Positions 1 to 12,774 of a stretch of DNA of 64,000 nucleotides are shown here, piece after piece. The notes below the pieces were generated by a model. The model did no database searches, was not told the DNA's origin, and saw nothing but the letters and a program-made list of their open reading frames with translations. This stretch comes from an uncultured Actinomycetota bacterium. GTDB lineage: Bacteria > Actinomycetota > Actinomycetes > Frankiales > Frankiaceae. Position 1 is the stretch's first letter. Each line of letters opens with the position of its first letter. A program made the translations under genes and the position numbers. The DNA lies in the NCBI GenBank assembly GCA_963747915.1, contig CAVVHC010000002.1:882846-946845 (forward strand), read 5' to 3'.

Positions 1-476
1 TGCGGCTCGGCCGCTCCATCCGGGTCTTTCGCAATCACACCGCGGAGTGCATCGACCCCTATACCGCACAGCCGGAGCTCACCGAGATCCTCGAGGTGAA
101 GGAAGGCTCGCCGTTCGTGCTGCACCCGGGCGAGTTCGTGCTCGGCACCACGGTGGAGCGCATCGGCCTGCCCGACGACATCGTGGCCCGCGTCGACGGC
201 AAGTCGAGCCTTGGCCGGTGGGGCATTCTCATCCATGCCACGGCGGGCTTCATCGACGCGGGCTTCCAGGGCCAGATCACGCTGGAGCTGAGCAGCGTGG
301 CGACCCTGCCGGTGCGCCTCTGGCCGGGCATGAAGATCGGCCAGATCTCCTTCATGCAGCTCGACGAGCCCGTCGAGCGGCCGTACGGCCACCCCGACCT
401 CGGCTCGAAGTACCAGGGGCAGCGCGGCCCGGTGGCGTCCGAGTACCGCCACAATCGCCGCACCACCGCGGACTGA
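1..476 (+). CDS. dcd: dCTP deaminase (5' end outside window)
   Basis: The frame is open from nt 3. [59 protein letters not shown] is the conserved dCTP deaminase core. Stop at 474-476. Confidence 0.9.
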   Translation, partial: RLGRSIRVFRNHTAECIDPYTAQPELTEILEVKEGSPFVLHPGEFVLGTTVERIGLPDDIVARVDGKSSLGRWGILIHATAGFIDAGFQGQITLELSSVATLPVRLWPGMKIGQISFMQLDEPVERPYGHPDLGSKYQGQRGPVASEYRHNRRTTAD

Positions 477-584
477 CGCCGTCCTGGCCGCCCCCGCCGC
501 CCTGCCCGTCCTCGTCGGCCGCTGACACTGGCACAGCAGCACCAGGCCCCCGCTGGCAGTGGTGGACGCAGGCGCGCGGCCCGG

Positions 585-1163
585 CTACTTCGGGCTGGGC
601 ACCGGCTCCGCGAGCCGCGTCTGCGCCACTAGATCGCCGTCGCGAAAGAGCTGCACCTCGTGCGCGCCCGGCGACACGTCCGGCAGCGGTCCACTGGACG
701 CGCAGCCGGACAATCCGCGCCGGATCGCTACCGCTACGGCCCCGGCCGGCGTCGCGTCCGCCGAGTCACCGTGGACCGTGACCGTTTTCGCATCGACGGC
801 GACCACATACGTCCCGGCGGCCGGACCGGTGATGGCGAACTGGCCGACGGGCCCGCCGCCCGCGGGCTCGGATACGGCAATGGCCGGGGTGGTGCAGCTG
901 CGCAGCAGCTCAGGAGCTCGGCTCGGTTCGTGCCGCAGCGACACGATCGCGATCACGGCGGCGACCACGACGGTCAGGATGATCAACGCCCGCCGCGACG
1001 GCCGTCCCGGAAGTCGCGTCGACTCCCGCATGACGTCCCGGACGTGTCCTCGCCGCTCCTTGCGTGCCTGCTCGAGCAGCTCGTAGCGCCGGCGGGCGCG
1101 TTCGCGGCGCGCCTGCCGAACGCCCTGCCGATCCCGCTCGGACGGCGGGTCACCGCCCGGCAT
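585..1163 (-). CDS. hypothetical single-pass membrane protein
   Basis: 192-aa ORF with a basic N-terminus, one hydrophobic span (ALIILTVVVAAVIAIVSL) and an Ala/Gly/Val-rich tail. No family recognised. Overlapping + strand ORFs look like GC shadow ORFs. Confidence 0.45.
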   Translation of the reverse strand: MPGGDPPSERDRQGVRQARRERARRRYELLEQARKERRGHVRDVMRESTRLPGRPSRRALIILTVVVAAVIAIVSLRHEPSRAPELLRSCTTPAIAVSEPAGGGPVGQFAITGPAAGTYVVAVDAKTVTVHGDSADATPAGAVAVAIRRGLSGCASSGPLPDVSPGAHEVQLFRDGDLVAQTRLAEPVPSPK

Positions 1164-1205
1164 GGAGCTCGGGCGGTGACCCGGAGGTGACCCGTCGGCC
1201 AGCGA

Positions 1206-3563
1206 TCAGCCTTCCGTGCTCGAAGCCTCGCCCGACAGCTGCGGGTTGTCCGCTCCGGCCGTGGCGTCCGGCGTGCCGCGCACCGGGCCGGCGCCGCCCT
1301 CGTCGGGCCCGCCACCGACGCCGACCAGCTGCTTGGGCGGCTGGTTCACCGAGCGCAGCAGCAGCTGGGCCACGTCGAGCACCTCGACCTCTTCGCGGGC
1401 TTCTCCGGCCTGCTTCTTCGCCGTGACCGCGTCGGAGAGCATCACCATGCAGAACGGGCAAGCCGTGCCGACCACGTCCGGGTCGAGCTCGAGTGCCTCG
1501 TCGACGCGCTCGACGTTGATCTTCTTGCCGATGCGCTCTTCCATCCACATCCGCGCGCCGCCGGCACCGCAGCAGAAGCCGCGCTCCCGGCACCGGTGCA
1601 TCTCCTTGCTGGCGAGGCCCGGCACGGACGCGAGGACCTCGCGCGGCGGGGTGTAGACCTCGTTGTGCCGGCCCAGGTAGCACGGGTCGTGGTAGGTCAC
1701 CAGCCCGTCGATCGGCTCGACCGGCGTCAGCCGGCCGTCGGCGACCAGCTGGCCGAGCAGCTGGGTGTGGTGGAGGACGTTGTAGTCGCCGCCGAGGGCC
1801 GGGTATTCGCGTCCGAGCGCGTTGAAGCAGTGCGGGCAGGTGGCGACGATCGTCTTCGCCGGCTTGCCCTCGGGCTTCACCGCCGCGTTGAGCACTTCGA
1901 CGTTGGCTTTGGCGAGCTCCTGGTAGAGGTACTCGTTGCCGAGCCGGCGTGCCGGGTCGCCGGAGCAGGACTCGGAGGCGCCGAGTACCGCGAAGCTGAC
2001 GCCCGCCGTGTGCAGCAGCTCGGCGAACGCGCGCGTCACCTTCTTGCTGCGGTCCTCGATGGCGCCGGCGCAGCCGACCCAGTAGAGGTAGTCGACGTCG
2101 TCGGGCACCGGCTCGCCCTCGTCGAGGACGCGAACCTCGAAGGGCAGGCCGTCCATCCACTCGGTGCGGCTGCGCGGGTTCACTCCCCACGGGTTGGCGT
2201 TGTTCTCGAGGTTGCGCAGCATGACGCCGGCCTCGCTCGGGAACTCAGACTCGATCAGCACCTGGTAGCGGCGCATCTCGAGGATGTGGTCGACGTGCTC
2301 GATGTCGACCGGGCACTGCTCGACGCAAGCGCCGCAGGTGGTGCAGGACCACAGCACGTCGGGGTCGATGACGCCGCCGGATTCGAGGTCGCCGACCAGG
2401 GGACGCTCCTCCTGCGCCTGGCCCGCCTCGGGCACCCGGCCGAAGCCGGACTCCGGGACGTGGTGGTAGTCGCCGGTATGACCGGCGCCTTCCTGCTGAC
2501 CGGACGCCCCCTGGTTGGCAGCGGGGCTCCCCCCGACGGGCTGGCCGTCCTCACCCTTCTCGGCGAGCAGGTACGGCGCCTTCGCGAACAGGTGGTCGCG
2601 CAGGTCCATGATCACGAGCTTGGGTGACAGCGGCTTGTCGGTGTTCCACGCGGGGCACTGACTCTGGCAGCGTCCGCACTCGGTGCAGGTGGCGAAGTCG
2701 AGCATCGCCTTCCAGGAGAACTGCTCGACCTTGCCGACGCCGATGACCGGGTCCTCTTCCTCCATGAGGCTTTCGAGGTCCGGGGTGGTGGCCAGCGGGC
2801 CGAGCGCCTTCGGCTCGCGTTTGGTGAGCACGTTCAGCGGCGCGATGAAGATGTGCAGGTGCTTCGAGTAGCTGACGAGCACCAGGAACGCCGTGATCAC
2901 CGCGATGTTCGCCAGGATGAAGAACGTCTCCAGCACGTCGTTCGCGTCCTGCCCGAAGTGCTTCATGACCTGGGCGAATCCGTAAGACGCGAACTCCCAC
3001 CAGCTGCCGCGGTGGTCAGGGCCGAACGGGAAGTGGCCGGTCACGATCTGAGCGCCGCGGTAGGCGAAGAGGGTGAAGACGACCAGGAAGATCATCCCGA
3101 GCACACCCCAGGCCGGGCCGGTGTGCGAGCCGTAGAAGCGGCTCTTGCGGGAGATGCGGGCCGGGCTGCGCTCCGCGCGGTTGAACGCGAAGTAGCACAG
3201 TGCGACGACGACCAGCGTGCCGAAGAGGTCTTCCAGGAAGCCGAGCCAGGTCATCTTGCCGATGCCGGGGAACCAGAAGTCACGCTTGAAAAGCGCGCCC
3301 CAGGCCTCGACGATCGTGAAGCCCAGGATGAGGAAGCCCCAGAAGGTGAAGAAGTGGGCGGCACCGGGCACGGTCCACTTCAGCAGCTTGCGCTGTCCGA
3401 AGACTTCGGCCACCTGGGTGACCCCGCGACGCCCGATGCCGTCCAGGCGTCCGGGGGCCGGCGTGCCGGAGCTGATCATCCGAAAGAGAAAGAATCCCCG
3501 CCGGCCGGCGATCGCCAATGCGGCCACCGTCAGGAGCAGCCCGATGGTCAGGCGTACAGCCAA
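1206..3563 (-). CDS. membrane-anchored (Fe-S)-binding oxidoreductase, Rv0338c / HdrD-GlpC-like
   Basis: 785-aa ORF with an N-terminal multi-span membrane domain. Two ferredoxin-type motifs (CTECGRCQSQCP and CTTCGACVEQCP) and C-terminal cysteine-rich CCG-type repeats (ATCPHC, GFCCGAGG, TACPFC). Confidence 0.85.
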   Translation of the reverse strand: MAVRLTIGLLLTVAALAIAGRRGFFLFRMISSGTPAPGRLDGIGRRGVTQVAEVFGQRKLLKWTVPGAAHFFTFWGFLILGFTIVEAWGALFKRDFWFPGIGKMTWLGFLEDLFGTLVVVALCYFAFNRAERSPARISRKSRFYGSHTGPAWGVLGMIFLVVFTLFAYRGAQIVTGHFPFGPDHRGSWWEFASYGFAQVMKHFGQDANDVLETFFILANIAVITAFLVLVSYSKHLHIFIAPLNVLTKREPKALGPLATTPDLESLMEEEDPVIGVGKVEQFSWKAMLDFATCTECGRCQSQCPAWNTDKPLSPKLVIMDLRDHLFAKAPYLLAEKGEDGQPVGGSPAANQGASGQQEGAGHTGDYHHVPESGFGRVPEAGQAQEERPLVGDLESGGVIDPDVLWSCTTCGACVEQCPVDIEHVDHILEMRRYQVLIESEFPSEAGVMLRNLENNANPWGVNPRSRTEWMDGLPFEVRVLDEGEPVPDDVDYLYWVGCAGAIEDRSKKVTRAFAELLHTAGVSFAVLGASESCSGDPARRLGNEYLYQELAKANVEVLNAAVKPEGKPAKTIVATCPHCFNALGREYPALGGDYNVLHHTQLLGQLVADGRLTPVEPIDGLVTYHDPCYLGRHNEVYTPPREVLASVPGLASKEMHRCRERGFCCGAGGARMWMEERIGKKINVERVDEALELDPDVVGTACPFCMVMLSDAVTAKKQAGEAREEVEVLDVAQLLLRSVNQPPKQLVGVGGGPDEGGAGPVRGTPDATAGADNPQLSGEASSTEG

Positions 3564-3801
3564 CTGAACCTCCTGCAGAAGCGCTCACGAAAAGCGCTGA
3601 TCCGGTGCTCATTCGCTGCTGATTAAGCACAGTCGCCGCGAGCCTACGGCCCAGGTGACACCCAGGTAACACGCGACCCGCCAGCGAGCGAAACGTCACG
3701 TAACCGTCTCCTGAGCGCGCCGCCGTACCAGCCCAAGATCAACTGCCCCGTTCCCGCGTGAATCAATCTCCACCCAGGGAATGCATGGCCGCGATAGAAA
3801 G

Positions 3802-3831
3802 TTGAGCCAGTCAGACTCAGCTCCGTTGACA
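3802..3831 (+). promoter_or_regulatory. HAIR-like HspR operator plus -35 box of the dnaK operon
   Basis: TTGAGC-cagtcag-ACTCAG (3802-3820) fits the HspR-associated inverted repeat CTTGAGT-N7-ACTCAAG. TTGACAGGAG follows at 3826 and a possible -10 (CACACT) lies 18 nt later. The site is about 85 nt upstream of dnaK. Confidence 0.6.
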
Positions 3832-3913
3832 GGAGCTGGCGCGCCTGGCCACACTGGTGGGCAGGCACCACAAGCAACGGTTCATACGAATGGCAATCAA
3901 GAGAGGCACACCC

Positions 3914-5751
<1,838 letters not shown>

Positions 5752-5755
<4 letters not shown>

Positions 5756-6456
5756 CCCCTATGAATGGAGCGTCCGCGAGCGACCCTGCGCACGGACGGT
5801 CTTCCTTCGCCGCGGGCGGGCGCTTCGGCCCGTCCGCGGACGAAGAGCCGGAGCCGGTGGTGGTGCGCGACAAGCGACGGGTGAACCCCTTCGCGCCGGC
5901 GTCCGCGCCGGTTCCTGAGGAGGCCGCCGCGGCCGGTGCGCCGGCCGAGGAGCAGGCCCCGCCGCAGGAGCCGTCCGAGCCCACTGTTTCCGCAGCGGAG
6001 GTGGCAGCGCTGCGCACCCAGCTGGAAGAGCGCACCGCTGACCTCCAGCGGCTCAAAGCCGAATACGACAATTTCCGCCGGCGGACGGAGCGTGACCGCC
6101 AGCTGTCCGGCGAGCAGGCTACGGCCAAGGTGCTGGCGGGCTTGCTGGGCACGCTCGACGACATCGACCGCGCCGCTGAGCACGACGACCTGACCGGCCC
6201 GTTCCGGGTCGTCGCCGACACCCTGCGCGCCGCGCTGACCGGCGTCGGCTTGGAGCGGTACGGCCAGCAGGGCGATTCCTTCGACCCGCAGGTGCACGAG
6301 GCGCTGACCCACACCTATCAGCCGGGACTCGAGGGACCCACCTGCATCGAGGTGTACCGGGCTGGATACCGGTACGCCGGGCGCGTGCTGCGGCCGGCGC
6401 AGGTCGTTGTAGCCGAGCCGCCGGCGCCGGAGGAGAGCGCCGATGGGGCCGCGTGA
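5752..6456 (+). CDS. grpE: nucleotide exchange factor GrpE
   Basis: [19 protein letters not shown] and FDPQVHEA motifs. GTG at 5752 overlaps the dnaK stop. An alternative ATG is at 5761. Confidence 0.92.
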
Positions 6457-7597
6457 CGTAGAGAAGGATTACTACGCCGCACTCGGCGTCGACAAGAACG
6501 CCGATGCTGCGCAGATCAAGCGCGCCTACCGCAAGCTGGCGCGCGAGCTGCACCCGGACAAGAACCCGGGTGACACCAAGGCCGAGACGCGCTTCAAGGA
6601 GGTCTCCGAGGCCTACGACGTGCTGTCCGACGACGCGCGGCGCAAGGAGTACGACGAGATGCGCGCGCTGTTCGCCAACGGCGCCCGTCCCGGTGGCGGC
6701 CCGTTCACGGGTGGCGGGGCGGGTGCCGGCGGCGGGGGCGTTCCGTTCAACCTCGACGACCTGCTCAATCAGGCCGGCGGCGGCAGCGGCTTCGGTGGGC
6801 TGTTCGGAGACCTGTTCAACCGCGCCCCCGGCCGGGGACCGCGGCGTGGCTCCGATCTGGTCGCGGAGCTGACCATCGACTTCGAGGACGCCCTCCAGGG
6901 GGTCGAGGCGACGGTCCGACTGCCGGGTGCGGCGTCCTGCTCGCACTGCGCCGGGCTCGGCACCCGGCCGGGTACGGTGCCGCGCACCTGCCCGACCTGC
7001 CAGGGCCTCGGGGTGGTGAGCCGCAGCCAGGGCGGTTTCGCGCTGTCCGAGCCGTGCCGCGAGTGCCGCGGCAAGGGCTCGATCATCGACGACCCCTGCC
7101 CGGTGTGTCACGGCAGCGGGCGCCAGGAGCGGTTGCAGCGCATCAGAGTGCCCGCGGGTGTGGCCGACGGCCAGAAGCTGCGGGTGCGCGGCAAGGGAGC
7201 GCCGGGCGAGCGCGGCGGACCGGCCGGCGACCTGGAGGTCGTCGTCCACGTCCAGCCGCATCCCGTCTTCGGCCGGGAGGAAGGCTCGGGCAACGTCACG
7301 ATCGTCGTTCCGGTCACCTACCCGGAGGCGGCGCTCGGCGCTGACGTGCGGGTGCCGACTCCTGACGGAGCTGCCGTGACGGTTCGCGTTCCCGCCGGTA
7401 CATCCAGCGGGCGGCGGCTGCGGGTCCGCGGGCGGGGCGCACCGACCCCCGGCGGCGGGCGCGGTGACCTCCTCGTCACCATTGACGTCGCCGTTCCGGC
7501 GAAGCTGTCCGCAGCGGCCCGCAAGGCGCTCGAGGACTACGCAGAGCACGAGCAGGTCGATCCGCGAGCCCACCTGAATACGTTGCTCGGAGGGTGA
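6443..7597 (+). CDS. dnaJ: co-chaperone DnaJ
   Basis: J domain (DYYAALGVDKNADAAQIKRAYRKLARELHPDKNPGD), a G-rich linker and four CxxCxG zinc-finger repeats. Confidence 0.95.
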   Translation: MGPRDVEKDYYAALGVDKNADAAQIKRAYRKLARELHPDKNPGDTKAETRFKEVSEAYDVLSDDARRKEYDEMRALFANGARPGGGPFTGGGAGAGGGGVPFNLDDLLNQAGGGSGFGGLFGDLFNRAPGRGPRRGSDLVAELTIDFEDALQGVEATVRLPGAASCSHCAGLGTRPGTVPRTCPTCQGLGVVSRSQGGFALSEPCRECRGKGSIIDDPCPVCHGSGRQERLQRIRVPAGVADGQKLRVRGKGAPGERGGPAGDLEVVVHVQPHPVFGREEGSGNVTIVVPVTYPEAALGADVRVPTPDGAAVTVRVPAGTSSGRRLRVRGRGAPTPGGGRGDLLVTIDVAVPAKLSAAARKALEDYAEHEQVDPRAHLNTLLGG

Positions 7598-8058
7598 CCA
7601 GGATGGAACGCCGCCACGACAGTAGCCCGCGCAGCGACGGCTCGGCCCGTCACATCGGCATCTCCGAAGACTCCCCGGTCTACGTCATCTCGGTGGCGGC
7701 GGAGCTCGCCGGAATGCATCCGCAGACACTGCGCACGTACGACCGGATGGGCATCGTCCAGCCCGGTCGTACGGCGGGCCGGGGCCGGCGGTACTCACCG
7801 CGCGACGTGTCGCTGCTGCGTGAAGTGCAGCGGTTGTCGCAGGAGGAAGGCATCAACCTGCAGGGCATCCGGCGGATCCTCGGCCTCGGCCGCCAGCTCG
7901 CCGCGCTGCAGGCGCGCGTCCTCGAGCTGGAAGCCGAGCTGGAGCGGGTGCAGTCGGAGGCGGACGAGCGGGTGGAGCAGGCCCATCGGGCGCATCGCCG
8001 TGATCTCGTGCCGGTCGAGCGATCGTCGGTCATGGTGTGGCGTCGAGCCCATCGCTGA
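7594..8058 (+). CDS. hspR: MerR-family heat-shock repressor HspR
   Basis: VYVISVAAELAGMHPQTLRTYDRMGIVQPGRTAGRGRRYSPRDVSLLREVQRL. The start overlaps the dnaJ stop (GTGA), the canonical fourth position of the actinobacterial dnaK operon. Confidence 0.9.
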   Translation: MTRMERRHDSSPRSDGSARHIGISEDSPVYVISVAAELAGMHPQTLRTYDRMGIVQPGRTAGRGRRYSPRDVSLLREVQRLSQEEGINLQGIRRILGLGRQLAALQARVLELEAELERVQSEADERVEQAHRAHRRDLVPVERSSVMVWRRAHR

Positions 8059-8078
8059 CCGGCGGAAACTTCTCAGGG

Positions 8079-8115
8079 TTGAGCGGAATGCACTCAACTC
8101 TGGCAGACGTTGACA
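8079..8115 (+). promoter_or_regulatory. HAIR-like HspR operator plus -35 box of clpB
   Basis: TTGAGC-ggaatgc-ACTCAA at 8079-8097, 21 nt after the hspR stop. TTGACAGGAG at 8110 is the same 10-mer as at the dnaK promoter. Confidence 0.6.
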
Positions 8116-8155
8116 GGAGTAACTGTCCCTACGAACCACTTCACACAGGATGGGC

Positions 8156-10765
8156 ATGAACCCCGAGCGGCTGACAACGAAGAGTTCCGAAGCTTTCCAG
8201 GCCGCGGTATCGCGCGCCACGGCGAGCGGTTCGCCCCAGGTCGAGCCGCTGCATCTGCTTGCTGCGCTGCTCGACCAGACCGACGGACTGGCAGGTCCGC
8301 TGCTCGCTGCAGTCGGCTCGTCCGTTTCCGCCGTTCGGCCCCAGGTCGAGGCCGCCATCGCCCGGCTGCCTCAGGCGTCGGGTGCCTCCGTCGGGGCGCC
8401 GCAGATGTCCCGGCAGGTGATCGCCGTCGTCAACGCGGCCCAGGCGGAGGCCGCGAAGCTCGGCGATGAGTACGTCTCCACCGAGCATCTCCTGGTCGGC
8501 CTCGCGAAGGACGGCGGCGAGGCGTCGACCCTGCTGGTCAACGCGGGAGCGAGTGCCGACAAGCTGCTCGCGGCCTTCGAGAAGGTCCGCGGCGGCGGGC
8601 GGCGCGTCACCTCGCAAGACCCCGAGGGGTCCTACCAGGCGCTGGAGAAGTACGCGACCGACCTCACCGAGCTGGCCCGCGACGGCAAGCTCGATCCCGT
8701 CATCGGGCGTGACACCGAGATTCGCCGGGTCGTGCAGGTGCTGTCCCGGCGCACGAAGAACAACCCGGTCCTCATCGGCGAGCCCGGCGTCGGCAAGACC
8801 GCCATCGTGGAGGGTCTGGCGCTGCGAGTGGTGCAGGGCGACGTCCCCGAGTCGTTGCGCGGCAGGCGCGTCGTCTCGCTGGACCTCGGCGCCATGATCG
8901 CCGGCAGCAAGTACCGGGGTGAGTTCGAGGAGCGGCTGAAGGCGGTCCTCTCCGAGATCAAGGAGTCCGAGGGCCAGATCATCACGTTCATCGACGAGCT
9001 GCATACGGTCGTCAAGGCCGGTGGCGCGGAAGGTGCGATGGACGCGGGCAACATGCTGAAGCCCATGCTCGCCCGCGGCGAGCTGCGGATGATCGGCGCG
9101 ACCACCCTCGATGAGTACCGCGAGCACATCGAGAAAGACCCGGCGCTCGAGCGGCGCTTCCAGCAGGTCTACGTCGGTGAGCCCTCGGTAGAGGACACGA
9201 TCGCGATCCTGCGCGGGCTCAAAGGGCCCTACGAGGCGCATCACGGGGTGGAGATCAGCGACGCTGCGCTCGTCGCGGCGGCGACCCTCTCCGACCGCTA
9301 CGTCACCTCCCGCTTCCTGCCCGACAAGGCGATCGATCTCGTCGACGAGGCGGCGTCGCGGCTGCGGATGGAGATCGACTCGTCACCCGTCGAGATCGAC
9401 GAGCTGCGCCGCGAGGTCGATCGGCTCAAGATGGAGGAGCTCGCCCTCGAGCGTGAGGACGACGCCGCTTCCAAAGAGCGCCTGAAGCGGCTGCAGGCGG
9501 AGAAGGCCGACAAGGAAGAGCAGCTGTCGGCGCTCAATGCGCGCTGGGAGCAGGAGAAGTCCGGGCTCAACCGGGTCGGTGAGCTGAAGAAGCGCCTTGA
9601 CGACCTGCGGCGGCAGGCCGAGCTCGCGCAGCGCGACGGCGACCTGACCCTCGCGTCGAAGCTGATGTACGCAGAGGTCCCGGCGGCCGAGCGGGAGCTG
9701 GCCGCAGCCTCCGCGTCGGAGAACGCGGGCGCGCCGCCCGGAGCTGCACCCATGGTGAAGGAGGAGGTCGGCCCGGATGACATCGCCGAGGTGATCTCGT
9801 CCTGGACCGGTATCCCGGCGGGCCGGCTGCTCGAGGGGGAGACCGCCAAGCTGCTGCGCATGGAGTCGGTGCTGGCCGAGCACGTCGTCGGCCAGGACGC
9901 GGCGGTCCGGTCGGTGTCCGACGCGGTGCGCCGCGCCCGGGCGGGGGTGTCGGATCCCGACCGTCCGACCGGATCGTTCCTGTTCCTCGGACCGACCGGC
10001 GTCGGCAAGACCGAGCTGGCGAAGGCGCTCGCCGACTTCCTCTTCGACGACCCGCGCGCCATGGTCCGCATCGACATGAGCGAGTACGCGGAGAAGCACA
10101 CCGTCTCCCGGCTGATCGGTGCCCCTCCCGGCTACGTCGGCTACGAGTCCGGCGGCCAGCTCACCGAGGCGGTACGCCGGCGGCCGTACACGGTGGTCTT
10201 GCTCGACGAGGTCGAGAAGGCTCATCCGGACGTCTTCGACGTGCTGCTGCAGGTGCTCGACGACGGCCGGCTCACGGACGGTCAGGGCCGCACGGTCGAC
10301 TTCCGCAACGTGATCCTCATCCTCACCAGCAACCTCGGATCGACGTTCATCACCGACCCGACGCTGTCGCCGGATGAGCGGCGCGAGGCGGTCATGGCCG
10401 CGGTGCGGCAGTCGTTCAAGCCCGAGTTCGTCAACCGGTTGGACGACGTCCTGGTGTTCGACCAGCTCGGCATCGACGACCTGACCCGCATCGTGGAGCT
10501 GCAGCTCGACCGGCTGGCCCGGCGGCTCGCCGATCGGCGCCTCACCCTCGACGTGAGCGCAGCGGCCAAGCGGTGGCTCGCCGAGCGCGGCTTCGACCCG
10601 GTCTACGGGGCCCGTCCGCTGCGCCGGCTGGTGCAGACCGCCGTCGGCGACCAGCTCGCGCGCGAGCTGCTCGCCGGCGAAGTTCGCGACGGCCACCAGG
10701 TCTTGGTCGATGTCGCCTCCGGCGGGCAGAGCCTCACGGTCGGCGCCGCGGTAGCCGCTGCATAG
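8156..10765 (+). CDS. clpB: ATP-dependent disaggregase ClpB
   Basis: Two AAA+ modules ([33 protein letters not shown]) with a long coiled-coil middle domain. ATG at 8156 has AGGA 6 nt upstream. An alternative ATG is at 8150. Confidence 0.96.
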   Translation: MNPERLTTKSSEAFQAAVSRATASGSPQVEPLHLLAALLDQTDGLAGPLLAAVGSSVSAVRPQVEAAIARLPQASGASVGAPQMSRQVIAVVNAAQAEAAKLGDEYVSTEHLLVGLAKDGGEASTLLVNAGASADKLLAAFEKVRGGGRRVTSQDPEGSYQALEKYATDLTELARDGKLDPVIGRDTEIRRVVQVLSRRTKNNPVLIGEPGVGKTAIVEGLALRVVQGDVPESLRGRRVVSLDLGAMIAGSKYRGEFEERLKAVLSEIKESEGQIITFIDELHTVVKAGGAEGAMDAGNMLKPMLARGELRMIGATTLDEYREHIEKDPALERRFQQVYVGEPSVEDTIAILRGLKGPYEAHHGVEISDAALVAAATLSDRYVTSRFLPDKAIDLVDEAASRLRMEIDSSPVEIDELRREVDRLKMEELALEREDDAASKERLKRLQAEKADKEEQLSALNARWEQEKSGLNRVGELKKRLDDLRRQAELAQRDGDLTLASKLMYAEVPAAERELAAASASENAGAPPGAAPMVKEEVGPDDIAEVISSWTGIPAGRLLEGETAKLLRMESVLAEHVVGQDAAVRSVSDAVRRARAGVSDPDRPTGSFLFLGPTGVGKTELAKALADFLFDDPRAMVRIDMSEYAEKHTVSRLIGAPPGYVGYESGGQLTEAVRRRPYTVVLLDEVEKAHPDVFDVLLQVLDDGRLTDGQGRTVDFRNVILILTSNLGSTFITDPTLSPDERREAVMAAVRQSFKPEFVNRLDDVLVFDQLGIDDLTRIVELQLDRLARRLADRRLTLDVSAAAKRWLAERGFDPVYGARPLRRLVQTAVGDQLARELLAGEVRDGHQVLVDVASGGQSLTVGAAVAAA

Positions 10766-10784
10766 TTTCCACCACCCACCGAGA

Positions 10785-10812
10785 GGGGCGGGACGCTTGC
10801 GCGTCCCGCCCC
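10785..10812 (+). terminator. stem-loop terminator after clpB
   Basis: GGGGCGGGACGC-ttgc-GCGTCCCGCCCC, a perfect 12-bp stem 20 nt after the clpB stop. There is no T-tract, which is common in high-GC actinobacteria. Confidence 0.55.
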
Positions 10813-10862
10813 CCGGCGCGTATTCACATGAGCGGCACACCTTCGACGCGCTGGGGGCAGCG

Positions 10863-11216
10863 GTGGCGAGTCTCGATCCGGTGGAGACCAACCCTGGGCT
10901 CTACAAGGTTGTCTTCGAGAACGAGCGGGTGCGCGTTCTCGAGTACCTCGACGGGCCCGGCGATCGGACGACACCGCACGTTCACCCGGACAGCGTGATG
11001 TACACGCTCACCGGCTTCCAGCGCCGGTTGTATGCCGCGGACGGTGCGTCCCGCGACGTGCACATGCCCGCCGGTTTCACCGGATGGTTGCCCGCGCAGC
11101 AGCATGCCGGGCACAACATCGGTGACTCGGACACTCACGTGATCTTCGTCGAGCTCAAGGAAGGCGCCGGCGAGCCGTCACCCGCCGACGTCCCGATCGG
11201 CCCGGCAGGCAGCTGA
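10863..11216 (+). CDS. cupin-fold protein (start uncertain)
   Basis: YKVVFENERVRVLEYLDGPGDRTTPHVHPDSVMY...HAGHNIGDSDTHVIFVELKE is cupin-like. The ORF-track start at 10797 lies inside the clpB terminator, so GTG at 10863 or 10881 is preferred. Confidence 0.6.
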   Translation: MASLDPVETNPGLYKVVFENERVRVLEYLDGPGDRTTPHVHPDSVMYTLTGFQRRLYAADGASRDVHMPAGFTGWLPAQQHAGHNIGDSDTHVIFVELKEGAGEPSPADVPIGPAGS

Positions 11217-11251
11217 GCGAGCCGCCCGGCGCGTTCGCCTAGGCTCCACGC

Positions 11252-12007
11252 GTGCCTACAGCTTTGGTGACGGGGGCCTCGTCGGGGATCGGGGAAGCAT
11301 TCGCGCGGCGGCTGGCCAGAGACCGCTACGACGTCATCGCGGTCGCGCGCCGCGCCGAGCGGCTGGACCTGCTGCGTGACGCGGCCGTGGCGAGCGAAAC
11401 GTTCGCGGTGGACCTCGCGACGCCGCAGGGCTGCGCGCAGGTCGAGGAGCGCCTCGCCGCCGGCGTCGATCTGCTGATCAACAACGCCGGGATCGGCAGC
11501 GGGGCGGCGTTCGAGGAAAGTTCGGCCGAGGTCGAGGAACGGCTGCTGGCACTGAACGTACGGGCGGTCATGCGCCTGACGCACGCGGCGGTGCCGGCGA
11601 TGCTGGCCGCCGGCGCGGGGCAGATCGTCAACGTCGGTTCGGTGGCCGCGTTCACGTCCGTCGCCGGATACGCGACCTACTCGGCGAGCAAGGCCTATGT
11701 GGTGGCGCTGTCGGAGAGCCTCGCGGTCCGCTACGCCTCCCGCGGCGTCACGGTGATGGCGCTGTGTCCCGGCTTCGTGCGCACCGAGATGCACGACCCC
11801 GCTCACATGCCAGAACACGGCCTCGCGGCCAAGCTGCTCTGGCGCGACGCGGACGTCCTCGTCGACGATGCGCTGCGTGATCTTCGCCGCGGGCGCGTCG
11901 TCAGCGTGCCGGGACTGACCTACAAGGCAGCGGTGACCGCGACCCGGCTGGTGCCGCGGCGGGTGCTCGCGTTCGGGGGAAAGCTGGTCGCCCGCGGAGG
12001 CGACTAG
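11252..12007 (+). CDS. short-chain dehydrogenase/reductase
   Basis: TGASSGIGEAFARRLA Rossmann motif and YSASKAYV catalytic motif. Confidence 0.85.
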   Translation: MPTALVTGASSGIGEAFARRLARDRYDVIAVARRAERLDLLRDAAVASETFAVDLATPQGCAQVEERLAAGVDLLINNAGIGSGAAFEESSAEVEERLLALNVRAVMRLTHAAVPAMLAAGAGQIVNVGSVAAFTSVAGYATYSASKAYVVALSESLAVRYASRGVTVMALCPGFVRTEMHDPAHMPEHGLAAKLLWRDADVLVDDALRDLRRGRVVSVPGLTYKAAVTATRLVPRRVLAFGGKLVARGGD

Positions 12008-12010
12008 GTC

Positions 12011-12754
12011 TCACCGGCCGCCGGCGACCTGGAGCGTCGTCGCCGTGACATAGGACGCCTCGTCCGACGCCAGCCAGGCGATCGCGTTGGCGATCTCCTG
12101 CGGGTCTCCGGGGCGTCCCATCGGCAGGTTCGGCCCGACCCGCTCCAGCCGCCCCGGCTCATGGATCTCGGTGGCGATGACTCCGGGGCTCACCCCGACC
12201 ACCCGGATGCCTTCGCCGACGACCTCACGCCCGAGCCCGGTCGTCAGCGCATCGACGGCCGCCTTGCTCGCCGCGTAGTCCACGTACTCGCCTGATCCGC
12301 CGCGCACCGCCGCCATGGACGAGACGTTGACGATGACGCCGCCCGAGCCGCTCATGTCGGTCGACATCCGCCGCACTGCCTCCCGCGCACAGAGGAAAGC
12401 CCCCGTCACGTTCACCGTCAGTACCCGCTCGATCCGGGCGGCGGTGTAGTCGGCCACCCGCCCGCTCGGGGAGACGATGCCCGCGTTGTTGACCAATGCC
12501 CCGAGCGGCCCGAAGTGGTCGTCGACCGCGGCGAACAGGGCGACGATGTCGGCTTCGGACGCGAGGTCGGCGTGCACCGCGATGGCCCGGCGGCCGAGTT
12601 CGCGGCAGGCGTCGGCGACGTCCTGCGCGACGTCCGCCCGCTCGCGGTAGGAGATCGCGATGTCCCAGCCGCGCTCGGCCATCGTCACGGCGGTGGTCGC
12701 CCCGATGCCTCGGCTTCCTCCGGTTATCAGCGCCACCCGCGCCGCTGCGCTCAT
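12011..12754 (-). CDS. short-chain dehydrogenase/reductase
   Basis: ITGGSRGIG, NNAG and YAASKAAV motifs. Convergent with the previous SDR, with a 3-nt gap. Confidence 0.85.
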   Translation of the reverse strand: MSAAARVALITGGSRGIGATTAVTMAERGWDIAISYRERADVAQDVADACRELGRRAIAVHADLASEADIVALFAAVDDHFGPLGALVNNAGIVSPSGRVADYTAARIERVLTVNVTGAFLCAREAVRRMSTDMSGSGGVIVNVSSMAAVRGGSGEYVDYAASKAAVDALTTGLGREVVGEGIRVVGVSPGVIATEIHEPGRLERVGPNLPMGRPGDPQEIANAIAWLASDEASYVTATTLQVAGGR

Positions 12755-12774
12755 GATGACAAGACTGCCCTAAC